NCBI GenBank assembly: GCA_050084515.1
Contig: CM114271.1
Coordinates: 28,334,001 to 28,398,000 of the forward strand
Direction: 5' to 3'
DNA: 64,000 nt
Origin: Blasia pusilla
Lineage: Eukaryota
A program made the translations under genes and the position numbers. Below, piece after piece: positions 41,245-53,584 of this stretch. Position 1 is the first letter of the stretch. Every line of letters begins with the position of its first letter. The notes beneath the pieces were generated by a model. It ran no database searches. It saw only the letters and a program-made list of their open reading frames with translations, and was not told where the DNA came from.

Positions 41245-41698
41245 AATCTCACACCAAGCTCTCCATGGTGTGCACTCTCTCTCATGTCAAACCAAACCCA
41301 CTCTCCTAATGAGAGGCTTGGGTTACACAGACAAGGCAAGGAAGATCATAGCTCCGCCGCCTCATGCCAAGAGGTTCAACAAAGAGAGAATGAGCTCTCT
41401 TGGAGATATACCCCCTTCCCTCTCCCAAGTCCTCTCCACGGTAACCTATGCTCGCACGTCATCTCCTTGGCTCTTGACCTACGGTAACGGGTCAAGGGCC
41501 ACTTCCCAAAGTGGAAAGTCAGCTATACTCCAAATGGTAACTTACTCAAAATAGTAAGTTCCTAAATATGGATCCAAATGAGCCGAAACGAAGGGGAAAC
41601 TTGCTCTCTCAGGTTACCCGTGGCCTCTTGAGACTGTCCTCCTGTATCTTTGAAGGCTTTCTACAAGATCTCACCAATCTATCGTAAAATTTGTGACA
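41245..41698 (-). repeat. Solo or partial LTR related to the DNMT-gypsy family
   Basis: Matches 31930-32413 (TGTCAAACCAAACCCACTCTCCTAATGAGAGG...GTGACA); diverges leftwards of ~41245. Confidence 0.85.
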
Positions 41699-42036
41699 TT
41701 GTAGGCTATAACATAGTCATGTAATTGCTCCCATGATTAGGACTTAGAAACTCCAACATTCTTGGATAGATGGCCTCATATGAAGATGGCGATGTGGAAA
41801 TTATGAAAAGATGAACGTGACCACTTTTATCTTCAAACTCCTTAATTCTTGTGATGATGGATTTAGAGCTGGATATTCAACATCCATTGCTTGACTTGAA
41901 TCCTTAATTTTAATGGCCTCCTCTATATAAGGAGAAGCCTACACTTGTAGTTTTGTGTTAACATTAAAAGGACCATAGTTATATGTTGCATGTGTTGTAC
42001 GAAGTGAAGGGTTGTTAGGATGGTATATCCTATTTG

Positions 42037-43035
42037 TAGGGTTGCATACAGACAAAGTCTGTGTCCGCGGACATTTCCATGTCTGCGGACTTATGTCCGT
42101 CCCATCTCTCACACCCGAGCCCATACTCGTTGCGTGGCCCGCAACTAGGCCCGCAAGGCGGGATTGGCCCCCATTGGGAGGGCTCCTAGTCCGCCCCCAG
42201 TGGCCATGCAATGGGTGCGGGCTTGAGTGGGGGCCATGCATGTTCGTCGACACGTCAGGCCCACACCTGAGCCCTTGCCTATTTGGTATCAAGGTCATCG
42301 AGAGTCATTATGGGGATCTAGCTCAAATATCCTATTTTTACTCAAATCTAGTTTTAGATTTGGATATAGAAATCTAGTTTCTTCATGTGGACATGTTTTT
42401 CTTAGTATCTTTGTTCAATAATATCCAAACAAGATGGGATGGACAAATGAATGTAGGATATATGTGGAAGAAAGCATTGGAGAGGGAGAGGGATGGAGAA
42501 GGATAATTCATGCATGGGAAAATATGATCAAAATTTAGATAATTTGATCTATTATGGGAAAACAACTAATTTTCCTCACAATATAATAAATCTGTAAAAA
42601 AATCAAAAAAACTTCACCAAGGAAGTTGAAATTTTGAGCGCAAAGGGGGTGGGATTGGATCACTATTGAATTTGATTGGCCCAAACAACAAGCGTGGATT
42701 TATTTAGCATGGTTGCACAAAAAAAGGAAGTCCGTCCCTAGGACAGATATGGACGGACAAGTTTGGACATGTCCACGGACATGGATTGCAAAAAGTGGGG
42801 CCCACACTTATAGTTCACGGTGGAAGGCAAGACAAGGATGGACGAGACAAGAAGGGGGAGGGAGTGGAGGTGGGAGAAGAAAGAAAGGAGAAAGTATAAA
42901 TCTCAAAGGCAAGTGGGGAGGATGAGAAAGAAGGGGGAGATGGAGCCCATTTGGACAAGTCCTTCTATACGACAGACGTAAGTCCACAAACATGGACATG
43001 TCCGCGGACACGGAGTTTGTCCATATGCAACCTTG
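42037..43035. mobile_element. Non-autonomous TIR element (MITE, hAT-like termini)
   Basis: ~60 bp imperfect TIRs: TAGGGTTGCATACAGACAAAGTCTGTGTCCGCGGACATTTCCATG... versus ...CATGGACATGTCCGCGGACACGGAGTTTGTCCATATGCAACCTTG. No coding capacity; TSD not evident. Confidence 0.85.
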
Positions 43036-43649
43036 TAATCGAGTGAATTATCTATCGTGGCACTTCATCCACATCTTAGTATGAAGCTTGTTGTCAATTA
43101 TAGGGTGTCTCAAACTATGGTGAAGGATAGAAAAAATAAATTGAAACATTACACTTTTCCACCTATGGATAACTTATGTCAAAGGAGATTAAACGTCTTC
43201 TCCATCATCTTTACGAGAGTTGAAACACATGTGAGAGTAGGAAATTCCAATAAGGTAAAATGTGTTTTTTCCCCAATCTGCTCTTCTAGGCGGTTTTTCC
43301 TAACCATCAAGTCTAGTAACAATTTCCTATATTATATAGTTATTGGCAAGAGGCCTTTCCGAGAGGCTTCTAGAACTCCCAGCACGTGACGCTTTAATGG
43401 AGGGAAAGCACAGTAACTCTCCAATTTAACTAGTATTGGGCCTTGGTGAGGACGATTGAAATGCGTTCATGGCAGTTGTCTGCACCCGACTATGCTTATT
43501 GTTGTGACATCTCAAAAGAGGAGTCAAAAAATGCTTAATGGAATGCAAAAAGAAAATGGCAACTAGCCAACACAAACACAAACTCAACCAGCTACACGAT
43601 TGATAGCCTGAAATAAATCTGACAAGATCAAACATGAACGGACGACGAG

Positions 43650-46620
43650 GCGAGTGACCCCCCATCACCTTCACATGACGTATCAATGCCAGGCTTGTGC
43701 ACGTTGTAAGGCCATTGAGATGCATTGCTGAAAATAAGTAGTAACTACATAGAGAGAAAGACTATACGAAGGGGCAAGGTGATGATTCTCGAGGGAGTGG
43801 TGAGCACATGTTTTTAGGAAAGTATCAAAAGACACATGTAAATGATTGAAAACTTCTGCTGCAAAAGGAATAAATCCATTAGTCGCATGTCTCACATCAT
43901 AACTTAACTCCTTGATTCTTGCTACTGCTTCGACCGCTGAATCTTTGGTATGTACGGCTCAACACACCAAGTCAGAATGTGTTGGATCTGCAACCACCAC
44001 ATCACCTAGTGTCTGGAATCCACCTCGAGACATAACAAGATCAACTCTCCTACAAGATATTGCTTGTGTGGTTGAAGGTAGGAGATGGAGCTGCTCTTGT
44101 CCAATGAAGTAGCCTGGAGTACAAGCTACCAATGCTATCGCCTCTCTAATGACATCATGTGATCGTTCGTTCTCCACAATGTGCACATCGGAGAATATGG
44201 ATACCCTTTACATCAATGGGATCTCTGCATACATAATTTGGCATATCTAACAGAGAAGGATGGGGAAGTGGCGTAGTCGTAAAGCTGTCAAGAATATACT
44301 TTGAGGAAGAAGAAATGGAAGAATAAGAAGATTTTCAATAATCCACGCCCCCACTCCTATACCTGCACATGAATGCATAAGAGTTCGATAAGCCTCAAGG
44401 GATGCCTCAAAGAGAACGTTGGAAAAGTTGATTTGGTGCAAATTCTTGAAGATATGCTCTTGAAGTCGATCAAGCCCTTCTGTAATCAATTGACTGAAAG
44501 GGCGTAGAATTTCTTGTGTAGCAAGAGGAAGAAGAGCTCGGGAAAATCTCTGTTGTTGTTGAAATAATAGGTCACCCTCTGCTACATGGGCGACATCATC
44601 CATCAATGTAGGTGTATCTCCTTGGAGAAACCTTGAGGCCATAATCGGTGCCACAACGCCCAACTCCCCAAAAAAACTGCTAGAGCAGATGCAACTATGG
44701 AGGAAAGCCCCATCCTTCCAAAAGAAATAGGCAAGATAGCTTGTCGTGAAGCCAAGACACCATCCTATCCCTCAAATGTATTCGGGCCAAGAAGTTGAAC
44801 AAAAGTTGCAAAGATAGAAGCGTCAAAAGAGGCCAACCGATGTAAGAACCTTGAAATGGAAGGACAACTGCAAAGAAGGTAGGAAGGATTTCATAGAAAA
44901 CATAAGCCACATGGGGATCCCCTAGATAAGGTAACAAATGGAGTCATTCCACGTCTTTCAAAAGAACCTCATCTAAGAACTTCGAGATATAGTCAATGAA
45001 GCCAATTGGAAACCTAAGAACCCTAACCCCTTCAATGCAGATGGGAAAATCATGAGTAGGTGTGATGAATGTTGAGGGAAGGCATGAAGGAGACCATACC
45101 CGATATTACTAGGTTTTACTTTAAGGTTTAAGAAAGAGAGTTGCTCCACAAAATGGGTATAAGCAGGACCTATAATATGAGTCTCATCAACAATAGAAGG
45201 GAAAATACAAGATGGAAATGCTTGGGTTGATGCTCGGAGGGTAAAAAAATGGACAGTAGCAAAGAGTGGGCCCTCCATGGGATCACCTTAATGCGTGTCA
45301 CAAGTTGATTGGATAATACTATATATATTCCTCGGAAGTAGCATGATGAGAATAGATAATGGGTGTATCATAGGCATAGAAGGAGCGGACAGATGGAATG
45401 AGACTCGCAAGTTGTCCTCCTGCACAAGGTGACTCCTCAAAGATGGCCACAAGAGAAACTAAATTGAATGCGTTAGCCACATCTACTTGAATTGCTATCC
45501 ACCCTGGATGGTTATCAAGAGTGGAGCGAATCCCATGTACCACAGCATCACAACCACTAGGGGTTGCCACTCCAAATTGATGAGGAAATAAGTGGGCACT
45601 AAAGTGAGGACAAAATTGCAAGCATAGGGATCGACTAACCAAGTGGTATAAAACCTCTCCAATAGCCAAAAGGTGGACACCTAAAGAAGGCTTATCCATT
45701 GCCAACAAACGACAAGCCCATAAGAGCCTAGAGATAGAGAATGGAAGACGACCTATCGTAATATGTGCATACACCTTATATAGAGAGAGACAAAGCCATT
45801 TGCCGAATGTGCCGGGATAAAGCAATTGGGGAGATGCTCAGTAACCATCCCCTTGACTTGTCGCACCATCCCTTGGAGGGAGGACTAAAACCCTTTGTGG
45901 GAAGAGTAATAGGAGATACCAAGCATTGATATTTGTGGGATCACGCGCTAACCTTTCTAATGGGAACAACAAAGTTTGTTGGATGATGGGGCAAAGAGCA
46001 ATAGGAATGCGAGTGTAGAGTCTATGACGAGGGAGACATGGATGGAAAGAGCAAAGGATATCAATTTGGCTTAACCACGTCCAAGCACTTGTTGTGGGGA
46101 GTGCAGTAGGAGGTGGTATTTGGTTAGAGATTGAAGGACCATGCATGGATTGATAGTACCGTTGATGTCTTTTGATCCCATTAGGAGCGAACTCCTTACC
46201 ACAACGTATTTAACGAACCTTTGGCACAAATGCAGAAGTAGAAGGGTTACAAGGAGAGGAGGTGGGAGGTGCATGAGGTGGTGATGGACGACGATGAAGG
46301 GGTAAATAGGTTGGGGGAGGAGGAGCAGGGGAGATAAGGGTAGAATATATGGGAGTTGGAAGCAAGGGCACAGATGAGATATGTGAGGATGGCAAAGTAG
46401 AAGGATTCAGCAATAATGGATCAAGATTAGGCTCAATAGGATGAGACGAAGTGGGGAGAAGAGGAGAATCTGGAAGAAATGTAGCGAAAGTATTAGTATC
46501 TGGAGGAAAATGGCGAGATCTATGATGAGGAGAGGAACCAGGGGGAGAGGTTACGGTTGTAGGGGGGTGTGTAAAACTAGAGAAGCGAGTAGATGGATTG
46601 TCCAACCCATGCTCTCATGG
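43650..46620 (-). mobile_element. Decayed non-LTR retrotransposon with RT and C-terminal restriction-like endonuclease (CRE-like)
   Basis: Pro-rich N-terminus, degenerate zinc finger (CGKEFAPNGIKRHQ). RT: LAIGEVLYHLVSR, PHQFGVATPSGCDAV, QVDVANAFN, GDPMEGPLF, SIVDETHIIG. Then YVC...HILRC...HDVIR, RRVDLV...GDVVVADPT, FIPFAAE (RLE). No APE domain seen. Confidence 0.85.
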
Positions 46621-48365
46621 CAAAGGTAGGCAAGTCATCGGAGACAAGGGAAGACATATGAAACATAATTTTGAGAAAGCATAAGGGTAACGACCAGAAC
46701 AAAAGTAGCGGAATCTGTCCAAAAGATATTTAGATCGAGATTTAGATGGAGAGAATAAGATTAGGCAATGATAAATTTATAATTGAAAGTTACTTTAAAA
46801 AATATACAAAGCAATTGAAAAGGAAAAGTGACATATATGGTATCGAAAGAAGTGGCTAAAAAATATGAATCTTTAATGTCCTTAAGGAGATAGTAAACCC
46901 ATGTAGGGGTGAAACAATAAGGTAAAGAGTTGAAAGAGCAAGGAAGACGTTTGAGAGGAATTGACCTAAAATAAACCCCTACACAAAAATAGGCGATACG
47001 GAGAAGGAAGAAAAACTAGAAAACCTACTTGTATGAAAAGAATGAGCTCGTCAAGATGGTTGAAACAAGACCAAACCTGTCCAAAATTAATATTTCAGGA
47101 TAAAATTATGAAAGCAATTGGAAACACCAAAAAAGAAGATATGATGAGAAAGTGAGCCCCAACAATGACTGTTATGAGGGAATGAGGTTGTAATGTTGGG
47201 CCAAGCCCGTATCAAAAGATCGAGAAAAGCAAGAGGAATCCCTAAAACTGATGGTTACCTGGTATTACTCTAGTAATCCGGTATCAAGAGCGTTATGTGT
47301 GAAATTGCGTTTAAAAATCTATGAGCATATTTAAGAGAGAAGGAGGCCTCAAGATCCCAAGAACTTTGAAAAACTCCATCTTAAAAGGAAAAAAGAAGAT
47401 CCAAGAACTTTGAAAAATTCTATCTTAAATGGAAAAAAAAAAGACCCCAAATTCAAGCTGCAAGGGGATAAACAAGTTGGGCCTTCAATTTCAAAGATTG
47501 AAACACAATGGAAATAAATACAAACAAAATCTTCCAAAAAAAAAACTCCTCCGTAATCCTCCCAAAAAATCTCGAAAGAAATCTTGAAACTTGATCCGCC
47601 ACCGTTTCACGTCTGCCGTTCGATCATAAGATGAAATTCCAATCTCTGCGGCCAGCGCACTGTACTCTGCCCGGATGGAAAAAGCGGCGGGTTGCGAAAG
47701 TTCTGATCCTTGAGCCAAATCACGGGTCTGTAGCTCCCCACATGTAGACAGACGGATGTCAGGAGGCCAGTAGTGGGGTTTTAGCGGCGGGGGCGAGAGG
47801 GGCCCGGAGCTGAGGAAGACGTCGCTATAATAACGGACACGGGAGACGACGCGATCGGAGGAGGGGCACGCGAGCGTGAGAATAGAAAACGGCAGAAGGG
47901 GTGACCGACTGGGCTGGTAAATCGCGGCAGATAGTTTGGTGGAGCCCTGTTGATCGCGACAGGCAACTTGCTCCCATCATCCATCGCGCCAAAAACCCCT
48001 CGCGAGCGCCACGCCGCCCGACGGTGACAACGAACCCCACCCCCTAACCGTGGCTAGATCCCCCCACTGCACCTTACACCTCCAGTCTAGCAGGTTGACT
48101 GATCTCCCTGCCTACAGTCACTCAGTCAGTCCATTATCCACGCATAGGAGTGACTGCTTCCGCGGAGGGGATGCGAACGCATATATATATACATATATCT
48201 CCATGGCAGCGCGCTGTGGTGACTACGTATGAAGTAGCTGGCGCCGGGTGTGCGATTCGTGCTCTCGCGGGATCGTCGTGATCCGAGTCTACGTGCATTG
48301 TGAGATTGATTCGGGGGTATCGGTTGTTTGGATCCGGGTAATTCCCCCTCGCTGTTCGATTTTGA

Positions 48366-50009
48366 ATGGCGTCGGTCGTTGGCTCGAGCTCCTCCTCTCC
48401 GCCTTCGGGTGACACGTCTGATGAGGCTGCTGGCACTACAGATCCCGATTCTGAATCCGGGAAGAGTTTTGCACTCGTCGAAGCCACGATCCCTGGAATT
48501 CGACCTCTCGGATCCCAGCGCGGCGCGCGAGAGTGGACGCCCTTCAGCGGGATTCAGCTCCAAGGTGCGCTCGCCCGCGCCAGACGGGGGAACGTCGAGG
48601 CAGAAGACGATATCGACGACGAGGTTCTGGTGATTTATGGTGCCCCCATTTTTACGAATTCGGTGGAGGAGCTTGAGAGAGATGACAAGAGTAAGCGGGT
48701 AATTGCGAGGCGCAGCCATTCACAGGCGCTGTCAGCGCAGCGGAGTGGATCGAGCTCTCCCAAGAGGACCGGCGACAGTGGGAGCTCGAGTGAGGGCTCT
48801 ATGATGTACCTGTACAATAGCAGCACACGGACCAATTCTCCGACCTGGAGCACAATCTCCCCCGGATCCAGATCTCCTTCGATTATCGGCAGTGGAATTT
48901 CGAGTCAGCCGTCCTCTCCAACGTTGGATCCACTGTGGCCCAGCGGTGCCGGAGCTGAAGGCAATTCTCTGTACAAGACGGAAATGTGCAGGCCGTATCA
49001 GGAGACCAATCAATGCAAGTATGGACACAAATGCCAGGTGAACTTCGAATTTCATACGCCCACTATCGGCAGCTTTCTACGCGCTCCACGTCGCTGATCG
49101 AATTGCTTTCACTCGCTCTTAGACTAGTGTATGCGTGCGCCATACATGGGGTAGTGGAATCGTGACAATCGTCTGGAAATATGTCCTTCGTTTACCGGGA
49201 TTTCATGTTGCTGGCCTTGCCTAGCTCCGTAGTGGTGTTGTTTCTGCTCTAACCTGAACATGATTGCATCCCCCTAGCTCAAATTTTAAGTAGAGGGTTT
49301 TGGGTGGGATGAATGTACAGTTTGCACATGGGATAAGGGAACTGCGACAGATCCCTCGACATCCGAAATATAAAACAGAGGTGAGAAGAATCGAAGGAAG
49401 CGTGGAGTGAATTTAGGAAATTTGCGTGCTTTGAATACATGGCAGTCTTGTTCCTTTCATGTTTTGACCTTCGCGGGATCACGTGTCAAAGTGGAGGCTA
49501 TGGGGTAAGCTCCTGACGCTGAAGCTGAAATTTGCGCTGCATATACTGTGGACATACGTGTTCCCTCGATTTCAGGCTTATACTGTAATGCTGCATTGGC
49601 GTAACAGTGCCTTGTTTGCGTCTATTTGATGACGGCTACGGCGTTTTTAATTCAGGTCTGCCGCTCCTTCACCACCAGTGGCACTTGTCCATATGGCACC
49701 CGATGCCGTTTCATCCACCCCACGATCGGGCTGGAGGCGGAGAACGGAAGCGCCAATTCCGACGACTTCGAAGTCGTGGACTCGGAGGGTCTCGCGCTGA
49801 AGATTGGGGAGGAAGCGGGACCATCGCACATGGAGAGAAGAAGAATTCTCCGGCGTCTGCCGGTTTTCGAGACCATCTCCGGCATCGAACACAACGGACA
49901 GCGCTTTCAGGACGCTATACTCCCTTCTCCCCCGGGTGAAGTCGCCGCCTATGGTATTGTCCGCGTTCCCTATCAACTGAACCAGTGGACCTCCATCCGT
50001 CGACTCTGA
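48366..50009 (+). CDS. Tristetraprolin/TIS11-type tandem CCCH zinc-finger mRNA-binding protein. Exons 48366-49037, 49321-49380, 49656-50009
   Basis: Spliced: YKTEMCRPYQETNQCKYGHKCQ|FAHGIRELRQIPRHPKYKTE|VCRSFTTSGTCPYGTRCRFIH, i.e. two CX8CX5CX3H with an 18-aa spacer. C-terminal RRLPVFETIS. Confidence 0.92.
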
Positions 50010-50294
50010 TCAGCCCGTCGCATTCCATTCATCCGACCACGGCTGTGACATTCCTGGCGTTCATATGCTCCTGCAGCTGCACGTCTCATTGCATCACGCG
50101 CCTCATGCATTTCCCGTTTCCCTGGAAAGCAATCGGAATCGGCGGCGGGGGGCTCCATGGATCCGCGCTCACGTACTCTGTCCAATCTGGATTCTGGATG
50201 ACTACTTAAGAGTTCGCCTGCTTGCTATCTTGCTTGCTTCGTACTGTAGCTTGCTCGCTGCACTGAATTTCTCCTGTGGGTATAGGATCCGGTT

Positions 50295-50640
50295 TCCCGA
50301 GCTTAGAGCACTGGCTGGACAGGTTCCAGTGCGAAGATGCCAGGCGGAGTCCGTTTCACTAAATTGCCGTGCTTAGAGCGCTTTAAGGACAGGCACCAGT
50401 GCGAAGACGACAAAACGTAGTGCATTTCGTTAATTGCGGGGCTTAGAGCTCGAGCTGGGCAGGCACCAGTGCGAAGACGAGAGACGTAGTCCGTTCGATG
50501 AATTCCCGGGATTGGAGCGATGGCTGGACAGGCGCCAGTAGGAAGACGACAAGACGTACTGCATTCCGTTAATTTCCGGGCTTAGAGCTCTAGCTGGACA
50601 GGCACCAGTGCGAAGACGCGAGACGTAGTCCGTTTCACTA
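50295..50640. repeat. Five ~70 bp tandem repeats downstream of the CCCH gene
   Basis: GACAGGCACCAGTGCGAAGACG-like core at ~50318, 50388, 50458, 50527 and 50597. Confidence 0.9.
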
Positions 50641-53584
50641 TGAACGGGTTTCTCGAAATAGAGGGCTCCGTGTAGAAGACGATCTTAAGACAGTCTCAAT
50701 ATTATCACCGTTGCCGCTGGCAGCAGTGGATATTCAACTGAGTTCACCGGAACTGTCAATTTGAGCAGAGTAATTATAATTAATTATCACGCTCTTGGAT
50801 TCACAGCCGCTGTCATTATGATAAGTGTGGTGAGTTTGCATGTTCTTATGCAGTACGCTTTCTTAGCTTGCGTTTCGAAGTAATTTAGTGGAGAAAATTC
50901 CTGAAGTAGGACGTAGTAGAGGAGAAGTATTCGGACACATTCTCATTTGCCTTCCTCTACTGCAATTCTCTTAGATACGAACATTTGAGAGGATGGTTTT
51001 AATTTTGGTTTGAAAAACGAAAATGGAAATAGAATGGAAGAAATTGTGAAATGAGATAAATCAAACTTAACTCTTCTCCCGCAAAATTCTTAATTCATCA
51101 TTTCATATGATAACTAAAAATAGAGATTTACATCATTTCCACGGGGAATGCATAAGAACCAACCTCAGGGTAATCAAATCAATACATGTAAGTGTATTTA
51201 TATTTTGGATCAAAGAACATTTTTTAATTAAAAAAAAAATTTGTGAAAAAACTCTTTGGGGGTTTTAAAAAAAACCTTTGAATTTTCGGAACTCCTACCT
51301 CCTTTACTCCTTTGGGACCATAAGAAGATCCAAAGAAATCAATTTGTGATAAACACTTTATTTTTATAAATGTTCATAATTTGATCCTTGGTATGTAGTA
51401 AACCTAAATGTACAAAGAGTGTGATGTGTTTGCTTGTAAGGCCCAAAAGTGAAAGCTATACTTGTAAGACCAATAGATAAAAATATAGCAACAGTATTGC
51501 AAGCTTTTAGTAAGTTTACTTTTCATCTCGTCAATTCTTGACATACTCACTCTTTATAAATTTTTGAAAATATAGTTTATTTACGTTTACCCCGAAAGAC
51601 GCTGCAAAACAAATGTATGGGAATAATTTCATAGACGAGAAAAGATAAAAACATCTTGTACTTACAAAACAATGAAAAATCTGATTACTCTGCCCGGAGA
51701 ACACAAAACAAATACATAAAAAATCTTTTCCGTAAGATGCAATGAGAGATCTACTTAATCTTCTGCTGGTAAACTTAATCCTTGTAGGAAGAAGAAATTC
51801 TCTACACTATTGCTTGATTCCACTAAAATTAGATCTTCCACGATAGGTCAACCACCCGGGGTGAGAGTCATCACTCAAGAAGATTGTATGTCTAAGAGTT
51901 GGGAAAGTAGCGAAGAGAATAAGAGTGCTCGGGTGAACCTCTTTCAAGACAGTTCTTGGCTTACTTCCACCCTAAAGGTATTAAACAAGACTAAAGGCGG
52001 CTATGGAGAAATCGTGAATGACTACATAACAATCCTCCAAATGCATTCTTATGAACACATAGACCATAACTTTGGAAAGTAAGAGTAAATAGTACAATGT
52101 GAATTCTGTTCCTGATATCACGGTTGCAATATCTGCGTAAAGGCCATGAATGATACAAAATGTATGCCTAGAGACTCCAAAAGCATTCTGGCGGCATTTG
52201 CTACCAACGACAGATGACTGGCTCGGGGAGAGCTGCTTTCAAAGGCAAGTAATAATAGGCATTTGAGTGATTTCTCGCAGCACGAAGCCGTGCTTATCCC
52301 CAAGGACAATCATGATCCCAAGAAGCTACACAGCCTTGATGGATGAATCATTAGTATGAAGAGGGCTTTTTCTCAAAGTAAAGGCAGTGCAACTAAGAAT
52401 AACGTGATGTTGAGAAAAGAAAGACGAAGATCACTATATATGGCAGGGCAAGTTAGCCACTCCAAGATATGACTACAAAATACACAATCACCACTAAATA
52501 AAATTAGTTTATCAAAATTTACATGATGGAGCTCCACCAATTTTTTTAAGCCAGAACACCAAGTAACATTTGTTTTGCTTTCAGCCGACTCTTATTCCCT
52601 CTATTTGCTTGGCTGGTAAAGGTGATGAATCTGAATACATTCTAGAAACAATCCTTGTGATAGATCCTGGACATAATCCTGAACACCTGTCTGCAGCAAG
52701 CTAAGGTTCTAGCGGCAACTATCCAAATCACGTAATGTATAACTTGCAGTCTGTACAACTCATAAGACTTACTGATTTTTACCCCAGTCGGAATCTCCTG
52801 TACCCGGACATGAGAACGACCAAGCCCACTTCCCCAGTCGATTCTCCCTGCAACTCTACAGCTCTAGGACTTGATATATGGTGAAGGATCAGAGCTTAAA
52901 TGTGAACTCATTTGTAGGAAAACGCCCATCAGATGGCACGTGGCCTTTGATAGGACAACCAGCACGTTGGGAGGACTCCAGTGGCCCAATGTCTGATGTG
53001 AACATGATTTTGAGATCAGCACCGTTATCTCGCTCAAAACTGGACCCAAAAGTAGAGTCTAACAAGTGAAACTTGACTGATGTCACCATTCACTGCAGCA
53101 ATCCCACCACAAAACGCCAGGTAGAGTCTGACTATATCTCTTGGGGTGTTTACCATCTTATGGCAACCTCGAATGTCAATCCTGCATAGGGAAAGACAGC
53201 TATCACAGTTTGCAAAGTTGATGGCCACGATTTTGTGTCGAATATGGGCCAGGACGTCCTTCCGCTAACTCCCAGTCATAAGATCTGGTGGCGTATAGTC
53301 AATCTAAGCATTTTTGCTATCAAACCCTTAGCCTCATCACAGTCACCAAAGAGGTTCCCACCCCTTAATTTCAGCGAAGAAGATTCACACGCAAAAACGA
53401 CAGGAAAATCGCCTCATCTTTCAAGTTAAGCAGCTACTGTCCATTTTTTCTCCCACACCATGTAACATGCTTCCCAACAGCGCCAGATTAATCCCTCGTT
53501 ATTCTGACGAGTAAAGAGGAGTACTTGGCTTCTCCTCCCCGACAGCTTCATGGCCATTCTGAAACTTGTTGTACTCCCACAGAA

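Noticed and set aside
50295-50640. Repeat-spacer appearance resembling a CRISPR array
   Set aside because: The inter-core segments are homologous to each other rather than unique spacers, the context is eukaryotic, and no cas genes are present.
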